This document shows positions 1-9,240 of a stretch of 57,095 bases of DNA, piece by piece (the first letter of the stretch is position 1; each line of letters opens with the position of its first letter). This DNA is from a virus (taxonomy: Duplodnaviria; Caudoviricetes). Location: IMG/VR virus record IMGVR_UViG_3300032247_001291, positions 1 through 57,095 of that record. One strand, given 5' to 3'. The notes under the pieces were generated by a model. The model was not told the origin of the DNA. It worked only from the letters and a program-made list of their open reading frames with translations, and searched no databases. Position numbers and translations under genes: made by a program.

Positions 1-1377
1 TGTTGCTGTATTTGCAAGAGCATCTGCTGTTTGAATTGCAGCTGTTGCACTTTGTTGTGCAGCTAATAAATTTGCTTGTGCAATATCATAAGCTGCTTGA
101 GCTGAATCAATTACAGATTGTTGTGCATTTACAGCATGAATAGCATCTTGCCATGCTTGATATGCAGCATCTCTTATTGCTAGTTGTGTGTCATAGGCAG
201 TCTTTACTGATGTTAAATTAGTTTTTGCTGTATCTACTGCAGCAACTTTAATTGGATCTGGAGTTTTTATTACTGATGAAAATGCTTCTGCTTGTGGAAA
301 TGTAAAGTATCCAGTTCCATCAGCACGAATAATTACCCAACCTAAATTAACTACTGCCCCACCGCCGTGTTCATAATACCAAAGAACAAAATCTTGTTGC
401 TTATCTACAGATACATTAAAATCTTGACTATAATTGCTGTATCTTGGACTTTGATCACGCCAATTGTCAACTGCTAATACACCGTCAATATATAATTTTG
501 TTCCATCATCTGCGTATGTATTGTATCTAACAATGACTGCTTCTTCTGGCAAAGTAATTGTTCCTTCAAATTTAACTACAACATTATCTACCCGACCCGA
601 ATTAAGAACTTGGCCACTTCCCCAGTTATTAGAAAGTGATGCAACTGTAGTTGTTGAAAGTGGAACTGTTTGAGAGTTGGGAAGAGGTGATGCAGTGCTA
701 CCACTATAGGCATATGTGGTTGCAGATATACCATTAGTAGTGGTAGTAATTGGTTCACTATTTGCCAAATTTGTTATAGCATTTGATACAGCAGTTTCTG
801 CTGTTGATACATTACTTGTTGCTGTTCCAAGGTTTGAATTTTCTGTATAAAATCCTGATTGCGTGTTTGTTTGAGTTGTTTGAAGATCAGGAAGCTTTGA
901 TGTTTCAGCTGTTAAAATTACTTGATTTGTTTGAACAGTTGCTGTTTGAGTTTCTACATTTGCTTGTGCTATCACCGCAACAGATATGGCAGTTTGAGCA
1001 GATTGAATTGCTGTATTTGCTAGTTGAATTACTGCAGTTGCTGACTCTACTGCTGTTTTTATTGGTTCTTGTGTAATAGCAATTGACACGGCTGTTGATG
1101 TATCTGTATTTGGCACATTAGACTGAATGGTTTGAATAATAGCATTGCCCTGAACTTGTGATGCATTATTTAAAGTGCCTTGAGCTGTTGTAACTTTATT
1201 TTCTACTGACTGAATTGTTATTGATGAAGTTACTGTAGATGTGTCTGAAATAGGGGTTGGGGATAAAGGAGTTACTTGAACTGTAACCTCATCAGCATAA
1301 GATTTATTAGATGAAAAAAGTAATAATAGCCCTGTAAAGAACAAGGCTACTATTAAAAATTTAATCTTTCTGGTCAC
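1..1377 (-). CDS. Secreted PA14-domain, Thr/Ala/Gln-rich protein (3' end runs off the window)
   Basis: Absent from the ORF track because there is no stop in the window. Read by hand: GGAGG RBS, GTG start at 1377, signal peptide MTRKIKFLIVALFFTGLLLLFSSNKSYA, PA14-like motif YADDGTKLYIDGVLAVDNW...WYYEHGGGA, then coiled-coil-like Ala/Gln sequence. Confidence 0.75.
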   Translation of the reverse strand, partial: MTRKIKFLIVALFFTGLLLLFSSNKSYADEVTVQVTPLSPTPISDTSTVTSSITIQSVENKVTTAQGTLNNASQVQGNAIIQTIQSNVPNTDTSTAVSIAITQEPIKTAVESATAVIQLANTAIQSAQTAISVAVIAQANVETQTATVQTNQVILTAETSKLPDLQTTQTNTQSGFYTENSNLGTATSNVSTAETAVSNAITNLANSEPITTTTNGISATTYAYSGSTASPLPNSQTVPLSTTTVASLSNNWGSGQVLNSGRVDNVVVKFEGTITLPEEAVIVRYNTYADDGTKLYIDGVLAVDNWRDQSPRYSNYSQDFNVSVDKQQDFVLWYYEHGGGAVVNLGWVIIRADGTGYFTFPQAEAFSSVIKTPDPIKVAAVDTAKTNLTSVKTAYDTQLAIRDAAYQAWQDAIHAVNAQQSVIDSAQAAYDIAQANLLAAQQSATAAIQTADALANTAT

Positions 1378-1411
1378 ATTAGGACCTCCACGTAGAAGCG
1401 TCTACATGTAT

Positions 1412-1420
1412 ATTATACCA
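1412..1420 (-). promoter_or_regulatory. Extended -10 promoter TGGTATAAT
   Basis: TGnTATAAT consensus in the intergenic gap upstream of the PA14 gene. Confidence 0.6.
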
Positions 1421-1434
1421 GAATGACTACTTAA

Positions 1435-1953
1435 TTAGTTATCTGATGTGTCTGGCTTATCTTTTGCCGTAACATATTTTTTATATGCTACAGGCCAATT
1501 TAATACAGCTTTTTGTGCATCAACTAATTTTAATGTTCCCGCACAAACTAAACGCTTAAGTGCAGATTCAACTACATCTTTTTTACGTGCATTATTTCCA
1601 GCATAAGGTTCAGGCCAAAGATTTTTAGGGTCTGTTGGATTACCACCTAACTGAAGAGATATTAAATGATCTTCTTCATATGCTGATGATGATGTACCAA
1701 ATTGTGCTTGAAGGTATTTATAATCTCCCGCCATTTGAGTTGCTTTTAATTTATTTGTATATGCAACTGTTGGTCTAATTGTTGATGTCCAATTTGCTTT
1801 GCAAACATTATCTTTAATATTTGCTTGAGTTACTGATAAATTTAAAACTCCAGGAGTTATTTTAGCATTTGGCAAAACCCAATCTGGTCCAGCTGCAAAA
1901 GCTGTGTTGCTAAAGGCAAACGATATAACTAAAGCAATAATTATTTTTTTCAT
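1435..1953 (-). CDS. Secreted HNH-like endonuclease-family protein
   Basis: Likely start MKKIII at 1953 (ATGA overlap with the upstream stop). Signal peptide ending AFA; EEDHLISLQLGG...NLWPEP motif; two Cys. Confidence 0.6.
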   Translation of the reverse strand: MKKIIIALVISFAFSNTAFAAGPDWVLPNAKITPGVLNLSVTQANIKDNVCKANWTSTIRPTVAYTNKLKATQMAGDYKYLQAQFGTSSSAYEEDHLISLQLGGNPTDPKNLWPEPYAGNNARKKDVVESALKRLVCAGTLKLVDAQKAVLNWPVAYKKYVTAKDKPDTSDN

Positions 1954-2498
1954 GCTGTATACGCAGGTCTTCCAAATCCAACAACGGTTGCCCATTTGCC
2001 TTTTTTGTTTCCTACTTTATAACCACGAACATTTGATGCAACTTCTCCACCATTTGCAGCAGATCCTTTTGGCTTGCTATCTGGTGATGTATTGCCCTCT
2101 ACTGTAGTTATTGTTCCATCTCCATTATTTTTAAGAACAACTCCAACATGTTGAACTTCATCTGTTGGTTTTGCTGCTTCTGAAAAATGGAAGAAAATTA
2201 AATCCCCTGGCTTTGGATCAGCTTTTGCTGCTTCTGTAAAAGTTCCTAGTTTTTTAAATGCATTTGCGCCATTTGGTGTATAAACAGTATCTGGGATTGT
2301 CACGTCAGAATTATGAGCACACCACATCATGAAGCTTCCGCACCATGCTTGCTTATCATGTTTTGTAAACTTACCGTAATCTGTTTCGTTATCCGCTGGA
2401 CCTTCTACTACGCCAACTTGAGACATTGCTACCTCAAGAAATCTTGCTGCCGAGCCAGGCTTATTAGCTCCTACTGCTGGTACTGGTTTTGCTGTCAT
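1950..2498 (-). CDS. CHAP-domain endolysin/amidase
   Basis: AWCGSFMMW (catalytic Cys), PGDLIFF, HVGVV (catalytic His), EGNT, GFGRP. Confidence 0.85.
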   Translation of the reverse strand: MTAKPVPAVGANKPGSAARFLEVAMSQVGVVEGPADNETDYGKFTKHDKQAWCGSFMMWCAHNSDVTIPDTVYTPNGANAFKKLGTFTEAAKADPKPGDLIFFHFSEAAKPTDEVQHVGVVLKNNGDGTITTVEGNTSPDSKPKGSAANGGEVASNVRGYKVGNKKGKWATVVGFGRPAYTA

Positions 2499-2499
2499 T

Positions 2500-2775
2500 C
2501 TACTTTACCTCTTTCGTGTGAAATACATTCACTTTAATTTTATTTTTAAGCAATTTAGCTTCTGATATCCACTTATTAATATTAAACAGATATACAGAAA
2601 TATAAATTGTAGAACCAAATATAAAGCCCCACTGTTTAGTTTGAATACTATATGCTACCCAAGCACATTCTGTGCAGATACCTACTGCGTATCCCCGCCA
2701 ATTTTTGCGTCCAGTAAGATATATACCAACTACTCCAATTGCGGATAAAGCCCATGACCATATTTGTGTATTCAT
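2500..2775 (-). CDS. Small membrane protein, PnuC-like (possible holin)
   Basis: Three hydrophobic segments (WSWALSAIGVVGIYL, WRGYAVG, QWGFIFGS). GGAGG RBS before MNTQIW; sits directly upstream of the endolysin. Confidence 0.5.
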   Translation of the reverse strand: MNTQIWSWALSAIGVVGIYLTGRKNWRGYAVGICTECAWVAYSIQTKQWGFIFGSTIYISVYLFNINKWISEAKLLKNKIKVNVFHTKEVK

Positions 2776-2785
2776 TCTACCTCCT

Positions 2786-2794
2786 ATTATACCA
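2786..2794 (-). promoter_or_regulatory. Extended -10 promoter TGGTATAAT
   Basis: Consensus directly after the terminator and before the RBS of 2500..2775. Confidence 0.55.
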
Positions 2795-2821
2795 AAAGGG
2801 CGGAACAATTAAGTTCCGCCC
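2794..2821 (-). terminator. Rho-independent terminator
   Basis: Perfect stem GGGCGGAAC / GTTCCGCCC with a 6-nt loop, followed by TTTT on the minus strand. Confidence 0.75.
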
Positions 2822-2836
2822 CCAAGTTTGTACTAT

Positions 2837-3916
2837 TTACTTAACTGCTGCAAACTTGTACTTCTTAGCCTTAACATTATATGCCTTGACTAGTGCATCG
2901 TACTTAGCTTGTAGTGCTGCTGAATCTGCAGCGTGCGCTGCCTTTTCAATTGTAAGTGCAGTTGTTGCTGCATCTAGTGCAGATGTTGCAGATGCTTTTG
3001 TAGCAGCGTGTGCTGCCTTTTCTGCTGCTACATCTGATGTTGCCTTTGCCGTAGCAGCATTTGCTGCTGCAAGCTGGGCAGTAAGTGATGCAACTTGTGA
3101 ATTAAGTGCTGCAATCTGTGCACCTAAATCAGAAATATTAAATGTTGCGATTGCTGACTTTACTGCTGCAGGAAACCCTGTTGCAGTTGCTGCAATTGAA
3201 GCATCTGTCGCAACTACAGTTACTGATCCTGCTACTGCTGTAGCAAGCGTACCTGTTGCTGAACCCAATACTGTTGCTGGTGTAACGCCTGCTGCAGAAG
3301 TTACTGCAGAAGTTGTAAGGGTTTTTGTAATTGATGCATCAGAAAATGTTGCACCAATTAAAGTTACAGAAACAGCCTCAGATGCAACTGGATTTCCAAA
3401 CACGTCTGTTGCTGAAACAGAAATTGTTGGAACAGTTCCGACTGCTGTTACTGATGGTACTGCTACTGCAATATTTGCTGCAACGCCTGCTGTACCCTTA
3501 ATGTAAACAATTGTTGAATATGCACCATTTGTAATGGTAACTGATCCAACAGAAGTTGAAGTTGTGTATGCATAAACTGTTGCTGCAACGCCTGTTGATG
3601 TTACAGAAATTGATGATACACCTGATGCAACAGAAACTGGTGCAAGGGTTGTGTTAAGTGCTGATACAAGCTTTACGCCTGACGCAACAAATGAAATTAA
3701 TGTTGCAGTATCTGCTGTGGCGGCAATTGCTACTGTATTTGATGAATCAATTACGTTTGATGTTGGGACTGCTACCGTTGCTGGTGCTGCAGATGTTGTT
3801 GTATTTGTAGCTCCAGCCACAGTTACCGCAAGCGGTGCTGCATTTGCTGAAGTTGAAAAGCCTACGATTGCAAGAGCTGCAGCAGTTGCAAGGGCGATCT
3901 TCTTTGTCATGTTCAT
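2837..3916 (-). CDS. Secreted Ala/Thr/Val-rich surface protein (beta-rich N-part, coiled-coil C-part, basic tail)
   Basis: Signal peptide KKIALATAAALAIVGFSTSANA; Ig-like DVFGNPV motif; heptad Ala-rich C-terminus ending KAYNVKAKKYKFAAVK. Confidence 0.65.
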   Translation of the reverse strand: MNMTKKIALATAAALAIVGFSTSANAAPLAVTVAGATNTTTSAAPATVAVPTSNVIDSSNTVAIAATADTATLISFVASGVKLVSALNTTLAPVSVASGVSSISVTSTGVAATVYAYTTSTSVGSVTITNGAYSTIVYIKGTAGVAANIAVAVPSVTAVGTVPTISVSATDVFGNPVASEAVSVTLIGATFSDASITKTLTTSAVTSAAGVTPATVLGSATGTLATAVAGSVTVVATDASIAATATGFPAAVKSAIATFNISDLGAQIAALNSQVASLTAQLAAANAATAKATSDVAAEKAAHAATKASATSALDAATTALTIEKAAHAADSAALQAKYDALVKAYNVKAKKYKFAAVK

Positions 3917-3939
3917 TTATTTTCCTTTTCCTTATTAGT

Positions 3940-4185
3940 TTATTTTCCTAGGTTTTTACCTAATAGTTTAGGCAAATCTATCATACTTTGCTTAATGCCG
4001 TCAAGTTCTTTTTTTAGCTTAGCATTTTCTTTGCGGAGATTTTCCACAACAGACTCTAGTCTATCACATTGTATTTGTTTTGTCTCTATTGCTTCAATAT
4101 ACCAACTTAATTTTTGCTGAGAATCATGATATAGAGCCTCATAATCAATCTTATTCTTATTACTCTTCAGTAACTTAAGTTTCAT
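3940..4185 (-). CDS. Hypothetical coiled-coil protein
   Basis: Fills the operon gap; heptad pattern. Confidence 0.55.
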   Translation of the reverse strand: MKLKLLKSNKNKIDYEALYHDSQQKLSWYIEAIETKQIQCDRLESVVENLRKENAKLKKELDGIKQSMIDLPKLLGKNLGK

Positions 4186-4190
4186 AATCC

Positions 4191-6032
4191 CTACAATATT
4201 GTAAAATTGTCTACAAAACCAGTTTCTGGATTTGGTTCTTCATCTTCTATACCAAGATAATCTTTTAAACTTGCTGGCATATATTTGATATTAGGAGCTT
4301 TGATAATATTATCTTGTTTTACATCTGATGGGCTTCCGACCACATCTTCATCAAATGCATCATAAGAGTAGACTTGGATTTCTCCATCTCCCTTTGGTGT
4401 TAATGATATCGCATTAAAAATTGCACCGCAAGTAGCGTCTGCAAGGTCTTTAGAACCTTTGCGTGGGTGGTCAACCTTATCTCTCTTAACAATTCTTAAT
4501 TCAAGCAATTCATCAATAATTAAAGGTAGTCTAGGACCAGTTAATCTTTCTTCCATTACGCATAAAAGCATATCTTCATAATGTTTTTTAGCCACAGAAA
4601 GTACTTCACAGTTCATTCCGTATGATTTTAACTGCTCCATCATATCAAAAGAATTCCATCGGTCAAATGTAACTCTACGAATATTAAATCCTCTTTGTTT
4701 TAAACTAATTATATAGTTCTTAACATCTGTAAAATCAACAGACTTTTCTTTAGTAGGAGTCCAGTATCTAATTGCATCAACAACTACAAATGGCTGTGCG
4801 TCTGTATAGGCACCAGATAGTTTCATAGTAACCCATTTATCTACATGTGCCATTGATACTGCACAGTGGTCATGTTTTTGTGCTAAGTCAACGTGTATAT
4901 AATATGACTTTTCTGGATCTGGCACAAACCATTCTTTAAATGCATTATTTTCGTCAAGGGCTATATTTAAATTGCTAAATGCAGTTTCAACTTTTTCACG
5001 GGAATGGAAAAGTGCATCAATAGCTTCAGGAGGCATACATGCAAAACGAGATAGGGCATCTATAGGATCTGAATAAAAATTCATAGCTAAATCTTCAATT
5101 TTAATTGTTGGGTTAATCTCCCATGTAGGACGCTTTAATGCAAATACTCTAGGTACATTATAGTTAAGGATATGATCTTCTTCCCATTCAATTGAGAATT
5201 CATTACCTTCCGTTCCCTCTGGTAGATCCTCATCTACCTTAAAAGTATGTGTACGAACTATAACTTCTTTATCCGCTACTACTTCATTATATCTTTGTTG
5301 AATATAATCATTTTTAAAACGTGGGAATGAAAGAAGAATTACCTTTCCAAATTGTGGAAAACGAGAGTCTACAGATCCTCTAAACATTTTATAAATTGCA
5401 GAAGCAGTTTTAGATTGTTCATTACCGCTTGTTGAGTCTAGATCAAAGCCTGAGATTTCATCAAGCACTGCAAATAAAAGGTTGTAACCTTCCCAAGATT
5501 CTCTCTGAGAGTGACCAGAGTGAACGGTAATTGCTTTATCAAAAGCAATGCTTCCCATCTTTGCTTCATACTTACCATCAAACCAACGGCATCGTGTTAT
5601 TCTGTTCTTAAAACCTTTAAAGAAAACCTGTTGTGCCTGTATAGCGTTTACCGCAACGTTAATAATATCAATGGAATCTCCTGGAGGCTTGCCATAGTAT
5701 CTGGCTGGATCTTTAAGACAAAGCAATAAATAAACTACATAAGAACACGCAATAGTTGAAGTATAATCTTTTCCAGAACCTTTTCCTAGCTGGAAGATAA
5801 CTTCATTACAAGTTTGCCCCCATCTTTTTGCTCCATCTTCTTCTCCATATAATTTAATTAATGTTTCTTTTTTATATATCTGAGTTGATGCTTTAATCAT
5901 TTGATACTGATATTGTGAAAGCGGTGGCAAAGCAAGATAGTCTTTTGAAGTTACAAACTCCTCAATTTCTACTGGAATTTCTTCAAAAGCATCTTCTTCA
6001 AGAGCACCTAAAAATTCACTAAAATCAGTCAA
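4191..6032 (-). CDS. terL: Terminase large subunit
   Basis: Walker A GKGSGKD, Walker B AVLDEISGF, LLSFPR coupling motif, RNaseH-like HVDLAQKHD...FDRWNS...SKDLADA. Confidence 0.9.
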   Translation of the reverse strand: MTDFSEFLGALEEDAFEEIPVEIEEFVTSKDYLALPPLSQYQYQMIKASTQIYKKETLIKLYGEEDGAKRWGQTCNEVIFQLGKGSGKDYTSTIACSYVVYLLLCLKDPARYYGKPPGDSIDIINVAVNAIQAQQVFFKGFKNRITRCRWFDGKYEAKMGSIAFDKAITVHSGHSQRESWEGYNLLFAVLDEISGFDLDSTSGNEQSKTASAIYKMFRGSVDSRFPQFGKVILLSFPRFKNDYIQQRYNEVVADKEVIVRTHTFKVDEDLPEGTEGNEFSIEWEEDHILNYNVPRVFALKRPTWEINPTIKIEDLAMNFYSDPIDALSRFACMPPEAIDALFHSREKVETAFSNLNIALDENNAFKEWFVPDPEKSYYIHVDLAQKHDHCAVSMAHVDKWVTMKLSGAYTDAQPFVVVDAIRYWTPTKEKSVDFTDVKNYIISLKQRGFNIRRVTFDRWNSFDMMEQLKSYGMNCEVLSVAKKHYEDMLLCVMEERLTGPRLPLIIDELLELRIVKRDKVDHPRKGSKDLADATCGAIFNAISLTPKGDGEIQVYSYDAFDEDVVGSPSDVKQDNIIKAPNIKYMPASLKDYLGIEDEEPNPETGFVDNFTIL

Positions 6033-6549
6033 CTGATATTACCTCTACCTGATTGGTAGCGGAGGATAGCCTTCTAGCAACCTCTTGCTTGCAGTTAGGA
6101 CAAGATGAAGTAACATCTCTTAATATTCCCACAAGTATTTCCTGTTTACGTTCTGTTTCAAGTATCTGATCTGCCATCTCATTTTTTTCAAGCACACCAG
6201 CTTTTTGCAGCATGTCAATTCTTTTTCCTTCTACATCTGCTATAAGCTTAAGAGATTGAGCTTTTACATTTAAGGCTTCCTGAGCATCCGCTTGCTCTAC
6301 AGTATTCCAAGCCTCTTTAATAATCATTGAATAGTGTTGATCTGCTGCGCCTAGAGCTTCTCTAGCTCTCTCACGAATACCGCTATCGCCCTGCATAAGA
6401 TCACGCCAATTTGATAGCATTTGATTTACTTGCACTGGCTTTAACGAAAATGATTTTGCAATCTGATTCACATTGTTGCCTTTAATAAACTCAGCAACAA
6501 CTTTATTCATTTGCTCAAAATGATCTGAAAGCTCTACTACATTATCCAT
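6025..6549 (-). CDS. HTH/helical protein, probable terminase small subunit
   Basis: N-terminal HTH-like region, helical body, overlaps the TerL start. Confidence 0.55.
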   Translation of the reverse strand: MDNVVELSDHFEQMNKVVAEFIKGNNVNQIAKSFSLKPVQVNQMLSNWRDLMQGDSGIRERAREALGAADQHYSMIIKEAWNTVEQADAQEALNVKAQSLKLIADVEGKRIDMLQKAGVLEKNEMADQILETERKQEILVGILRDVTSSCPNCKQEVARRLSSATNQVEVISVD

Positions 6550-6732
6550 TTATCTACCATTATCTGTTTTATAAAAACCAGAACCTTTAAACTGAATCCC
6601 AGCTGGTGTGTACACTCTTACCATCTTATAACCGCAAGACTGGCATGGCGGAACAATTTCAGGATCGTTAAATGATCTAGTAACTTCTATTTTTTCTTCA
6701 CATTCTACACAATTATATTCATATATTGGCAT
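6550..6732 (-). CDS. FmdB-family zinc ribbon protein
   Basis: MPIYEYNCVEC...CQSCG...FKGSGFYKTD signature. Confidence 0.85.
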   Translation of the reverse strand: MPIYEYNCVECEEKIEVTRSFNDPEIVPPCQSCGYKMVRVYTPAGIQFKGSGFYKTDNGR

Positions 6733-6734
6733 GT

Positions 6735-6881
6735 TTACCTCTTTTTTAATATTCCATATTTTTCAAGATATCTTTGAATTGTCATATGACTACATCCCGC
6801 TTCTTTTGCTATTGTTACAATATCTTTACGCTCTACAACATAGCGTTTATATAACCAGTCTTTTGATTCATATAGCTTCAT
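6735..6881 (-). CDS. Small HTH DNA-binding protein (48 aa)
   Basis: Hand-translated MKLYESKDWLYKRYVVERKDIVTIAKEAGCSHMTIQRYLEKYGILKKR; fills the gap exactly. Confidence 0.7.
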   Translation of the reverse strand: MKLYESKDWLYKRYVVERKDIVTIAKEAGCSHMTIQRYLEKYGILKKR

Positions 6882-7398
6882 TTACTGCCCACCAAGCAAT
6901 TCCAACTGAATCAGTGACATTGTTATTATTGGTATCAACTCCTAAAGTTTTAGCAAACTCTATAGTTTTTTGCTTTCTTAATTCTCTAACTTTGTTTTTG
7001 TACCAAGATTCTGTTTTTCCTGGGAACTCTGCCTTAACCGCTTCTTTTTCAGCTTTTGTAAAATTAGGATTGTGGATGTAGCCCTGCCACTTAAGTGGGT
7101 GGACTTCAATAACTGCTGTATCATCGTCCATCAACTCCCCCATTATTGCACCAAACATGTAAGCCATCTTTAGCCCAGTAGCCACAGACTTAACAGAAAC
7201 TGCAGCCTCTATACATATTATATCATAATCTAACTTACTTTTTAATGCTCTAACTTTGCGTTTAGCATCTAAGATTCTTTCATAAACACTAGATCCATAA
7301 AAAACAACTTCTCCCCATTTAACTGGTTTCTTTCCTGACATTAAACAGAAAGCTATGCTATTTGTGCTTGAGTCTATACCTAAAACTTTACTTTCCAT
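6868..7398 (-). CDS. ruvC: RuvC-like Holliday junction resolvase
   Basis: VLGIDSS, ICIE, VHPLKWQ and terminal DSVGIA acidic motifs. Confidence 0.8.
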   Translation of the reverse strand: MESKVLGIDSSTNSIAFCLMSGKKPVKWGEVVFYGSSVYERILDAKRKVRALKSKLDYDIICIEAAVSVKSVATGLKMAYMFGAIMGELMDDDTAVIEVHPLKWQGYIHNPNFTKAEKEAVKAEFPGKTESWYKNKVRELRKQKTIEFAKTLGVDTNNNNVTDSVGIAWWAVNEAI

Positions 7399-7669
7399 TT
7401 AACATGTCCAATAAGCCTTGACGTTCTTTTTCTCTATCTTTAGCTTTGCAAACTTCACAAACTTCATCAGTCGTAAATCTATTTAATACCTGATTACACC
7501 CACGTGTTTTGCAAGTAAACTTTTTTCCTGAAAGTCTAGCTTTTTTATAATAATATTTTTCTTTTATTTTAATATTAGTAGCAACCTTACAGCATTCATC
7601 TGAACAATATTTTTGATTGTGTGTTTTAGGCTCAAATTCATTTATGCAACCATTATTAGAACATATCAT
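7388..7669 (-). CDS. Cys-rich zinc-finger protein
   Basis: Multiple Cys pairs; QKYCSDEC. Confidence 0.6.
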   Translation of the reverse strand: MICSNNGCINEFEPKTHNQKYCSDECCKVATNIKIKEKYYYKKARLSGKKFTCKTRGCNQVLNRFTTDEVCEVCKAKDREKERQGLLDMLNGK

Positions 7670-8448
7670 AGGGATGTCTCCATGGCTGGATACTCAACTT
7701 CTCCCTCATCATTTTTCATATCTTTCCAGCAAACTTTTTTAACTGGACAGTACTTGCAAGCACTTTGAGTTTTAGTAAATGCTCTGTTTGGCAGCGTCTC
7801 AGCCAAATAAATATCATAAACGCCACGAAGCCAATCAAAAACATAATCAATAAGCTTTTGGTTTTCTTCATTCATTTGAATGTTTATAAGAAGTAAGGAT
7901 TGATCATTTTTGTTTTCATAAACAAAAACACCTTGATTATAACCCCAAACTTTCATGTATGTTAAAAGTTGAATTTTATGGTTGTCTGATGGCTCTAAAT
8001 CATATCTTTTAATAGAGTATTGTTCATCTTTAGCTGATTTAATTTCAAAAGGAATAATAAGATCATTTTCAATATCTTGAACAAGACTGTCCATGTATCC
8101 ATGAATAGGAGGATCTTCATACCAAGTATCTATTTCGTGAGCAATTACTTTGTAATTACCCGCCATCTTACTCATCCTAGACTGAATTCTGTCGTGAACA
8201 AAATTACCGTTTTCCATAGCAGCCTTTGCAGCGGGACCAGCAGTATCTTCAAACTCTGCACCACTAAATGCTATGTACCAGTATCTAGCGCATTTGCCAT
8301 GACCATAACCTAAAGTACTGGGAGAAAATGTTTTCTTTTCAGTAAACCCCGCTTTACTTTCATAAGTATTATTAAACTCTTCAATGAATCTTTTAGTATC
8401 AAATCCATTTGGCTTCTTATGAATTTGCAGTGTTGTTATGCTTGCCAA
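7666..8448 (-). CDS. Cas4-like PD-(D/E)XK exonuclease
   Basis: SPS...C, GYMD, EIKS, QLLTY and C-terminal CKYCPVKKVC (4-Cys Fe-S pattern). Confidence 0.8.
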   Translation of the reverse strand: MASITTLQIHKKPNGFDTKRFIEEFNNTYESKAGFTEKKTFSPSTLGYGHGKCARYWYIAFSGAEFEDTAGPAAKAAMENGNFVHDRIQSRMSKMAGNYKVIAHEIDTWYEDPPIHGYMDSLVQDIENDLIIPFEIKSAKDEQYSIKRYDLEPSDNHKIQLLTYMKVWGYNQGVFVYENKNDQSLLLINIQMNEENQKLIDYVFDWLRGVYDIYLAETLPNRAFTKTQSACKYCPVKKVCWKDMKNDEGEVEYPAMETSL

Positions 8449-8775
8449 TTAAACCCCATATCTGGCTGAATACTTTAAAGCATCAACTAGTTTATCTACT
8501 GCTTCTGCTGCTGTGTAATATGCATTTTTCTTTTTAGACGATTCGCCACCCTTTTCAAAGGTTGTGTAATATCTAGCTTGTATAGCAAACTTAGAACTAA
8601 TAGCTTGCAACTTAACAATAAGATCTGGTGCTTTGGTAGAAGGCACGTCTGGTTTTGCAATAAGTTTAATGATAAGAGCCATTGCTTCATCCAAGTCTTT
8701 ATCTTGCATATATTCAGACATATCATTAAATTCTGTTACAGAACTGATTTGTTCTAAGATTGTTGTTTCCGCCAT
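8449..8775 (-). CDS. Hypothetical helical protein
   Basis: Tightly packed ORF in the recombination operon. Confidence 0.65.
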   Translation of the reverse strand: MAETTILEQISSVTEFNDMSEYMQDKDLDEAMALIIKLIAKPDVPSTKAPDLIVKLQAISSKFAIQARYYTTFEKGGESSKKKNAYYTAAEAVDKLVDALKYSARYGV

Positions 8776-9062
8776 GCTTCCTCCATTTGCTCAAACATTG
8801 CCCATTCAATTACCGCTAATCTAGTTTTAGCTCCATCGCCACCTAATATTAATTTAAGAACTGGATATTTATCCCTGCTGACCTTAAAAGTATCCGTGCA
8901 AATCTTTGCCCATATTTCCTTACTAATGGAAATTGACTTTGAGTACTCTTTATAATCAACGACAAAATCATTCCAGATAGCATCACCTTTTTGATAATCA
9001 CCACGTCCAGAATTTTTTTGAGCTTTTGCTCCATCACGTTTTACTTCCCCACGTTCTGACAT
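8754..9062 (-). CDS. Small PD-(D/E)XK endonuclease / resolvase-like protein
   Basis: NSGRG..KGD...VDYK motif. Confidence 0.6.
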   Translation of the reverse strand: MSERGEVKRDGAKAQKNSGRGDYQKGDAIWNDFVVDYKEYSKSISISKEIWAKICTDTFKVSRDKYPVLKLILGGDGAKTRLAVIEWAMFEQMEEAWRKQQS

Positions 9063-9063
9063 T

Positions 9064-9240
9064 TTATCCTAACTGATGTTCTGATCTATGACCTTGAGAG
9101 CATATCCAAAAAAACATTGCTTTATTATTATCCCACCAAGCGTGATCTATATCTTCTTTACAATACTTGCATCCGTAAGTGCCAAATATCTTTTCACATC
9201 CTGGTTGGTCTTTGCTTATAAAATTACTAAACTTACCCAT
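9064..9240 (-). CDS. Small zinc-binding protein (58 aa)
   Basis: Hand-translated MGKFSNF...CKYC...WICSQGHRSEHQLG; fills the gap. Confidence 0.6.
   Translation of the reverse strand: MGKFSNFISKDQPGCEKIFGTYGCKYCKEDIDHAWWDNNKAMFFWICSQGHRSEHQLG

Noticed and set aside
2739-3938. Plus-strand ORFs of 255 and 95 aa
   Set aside because: Antisense shadows of the Ala/Thr-rich gene (GCW/ACW codons leave the reverse frame open).
7666-8448. CRISPR-Cas system suggested by the Cas4-like gene
   Set aside because: No other cas genes or array; solo Cas4-like nucleases are common in phage recombination modules.
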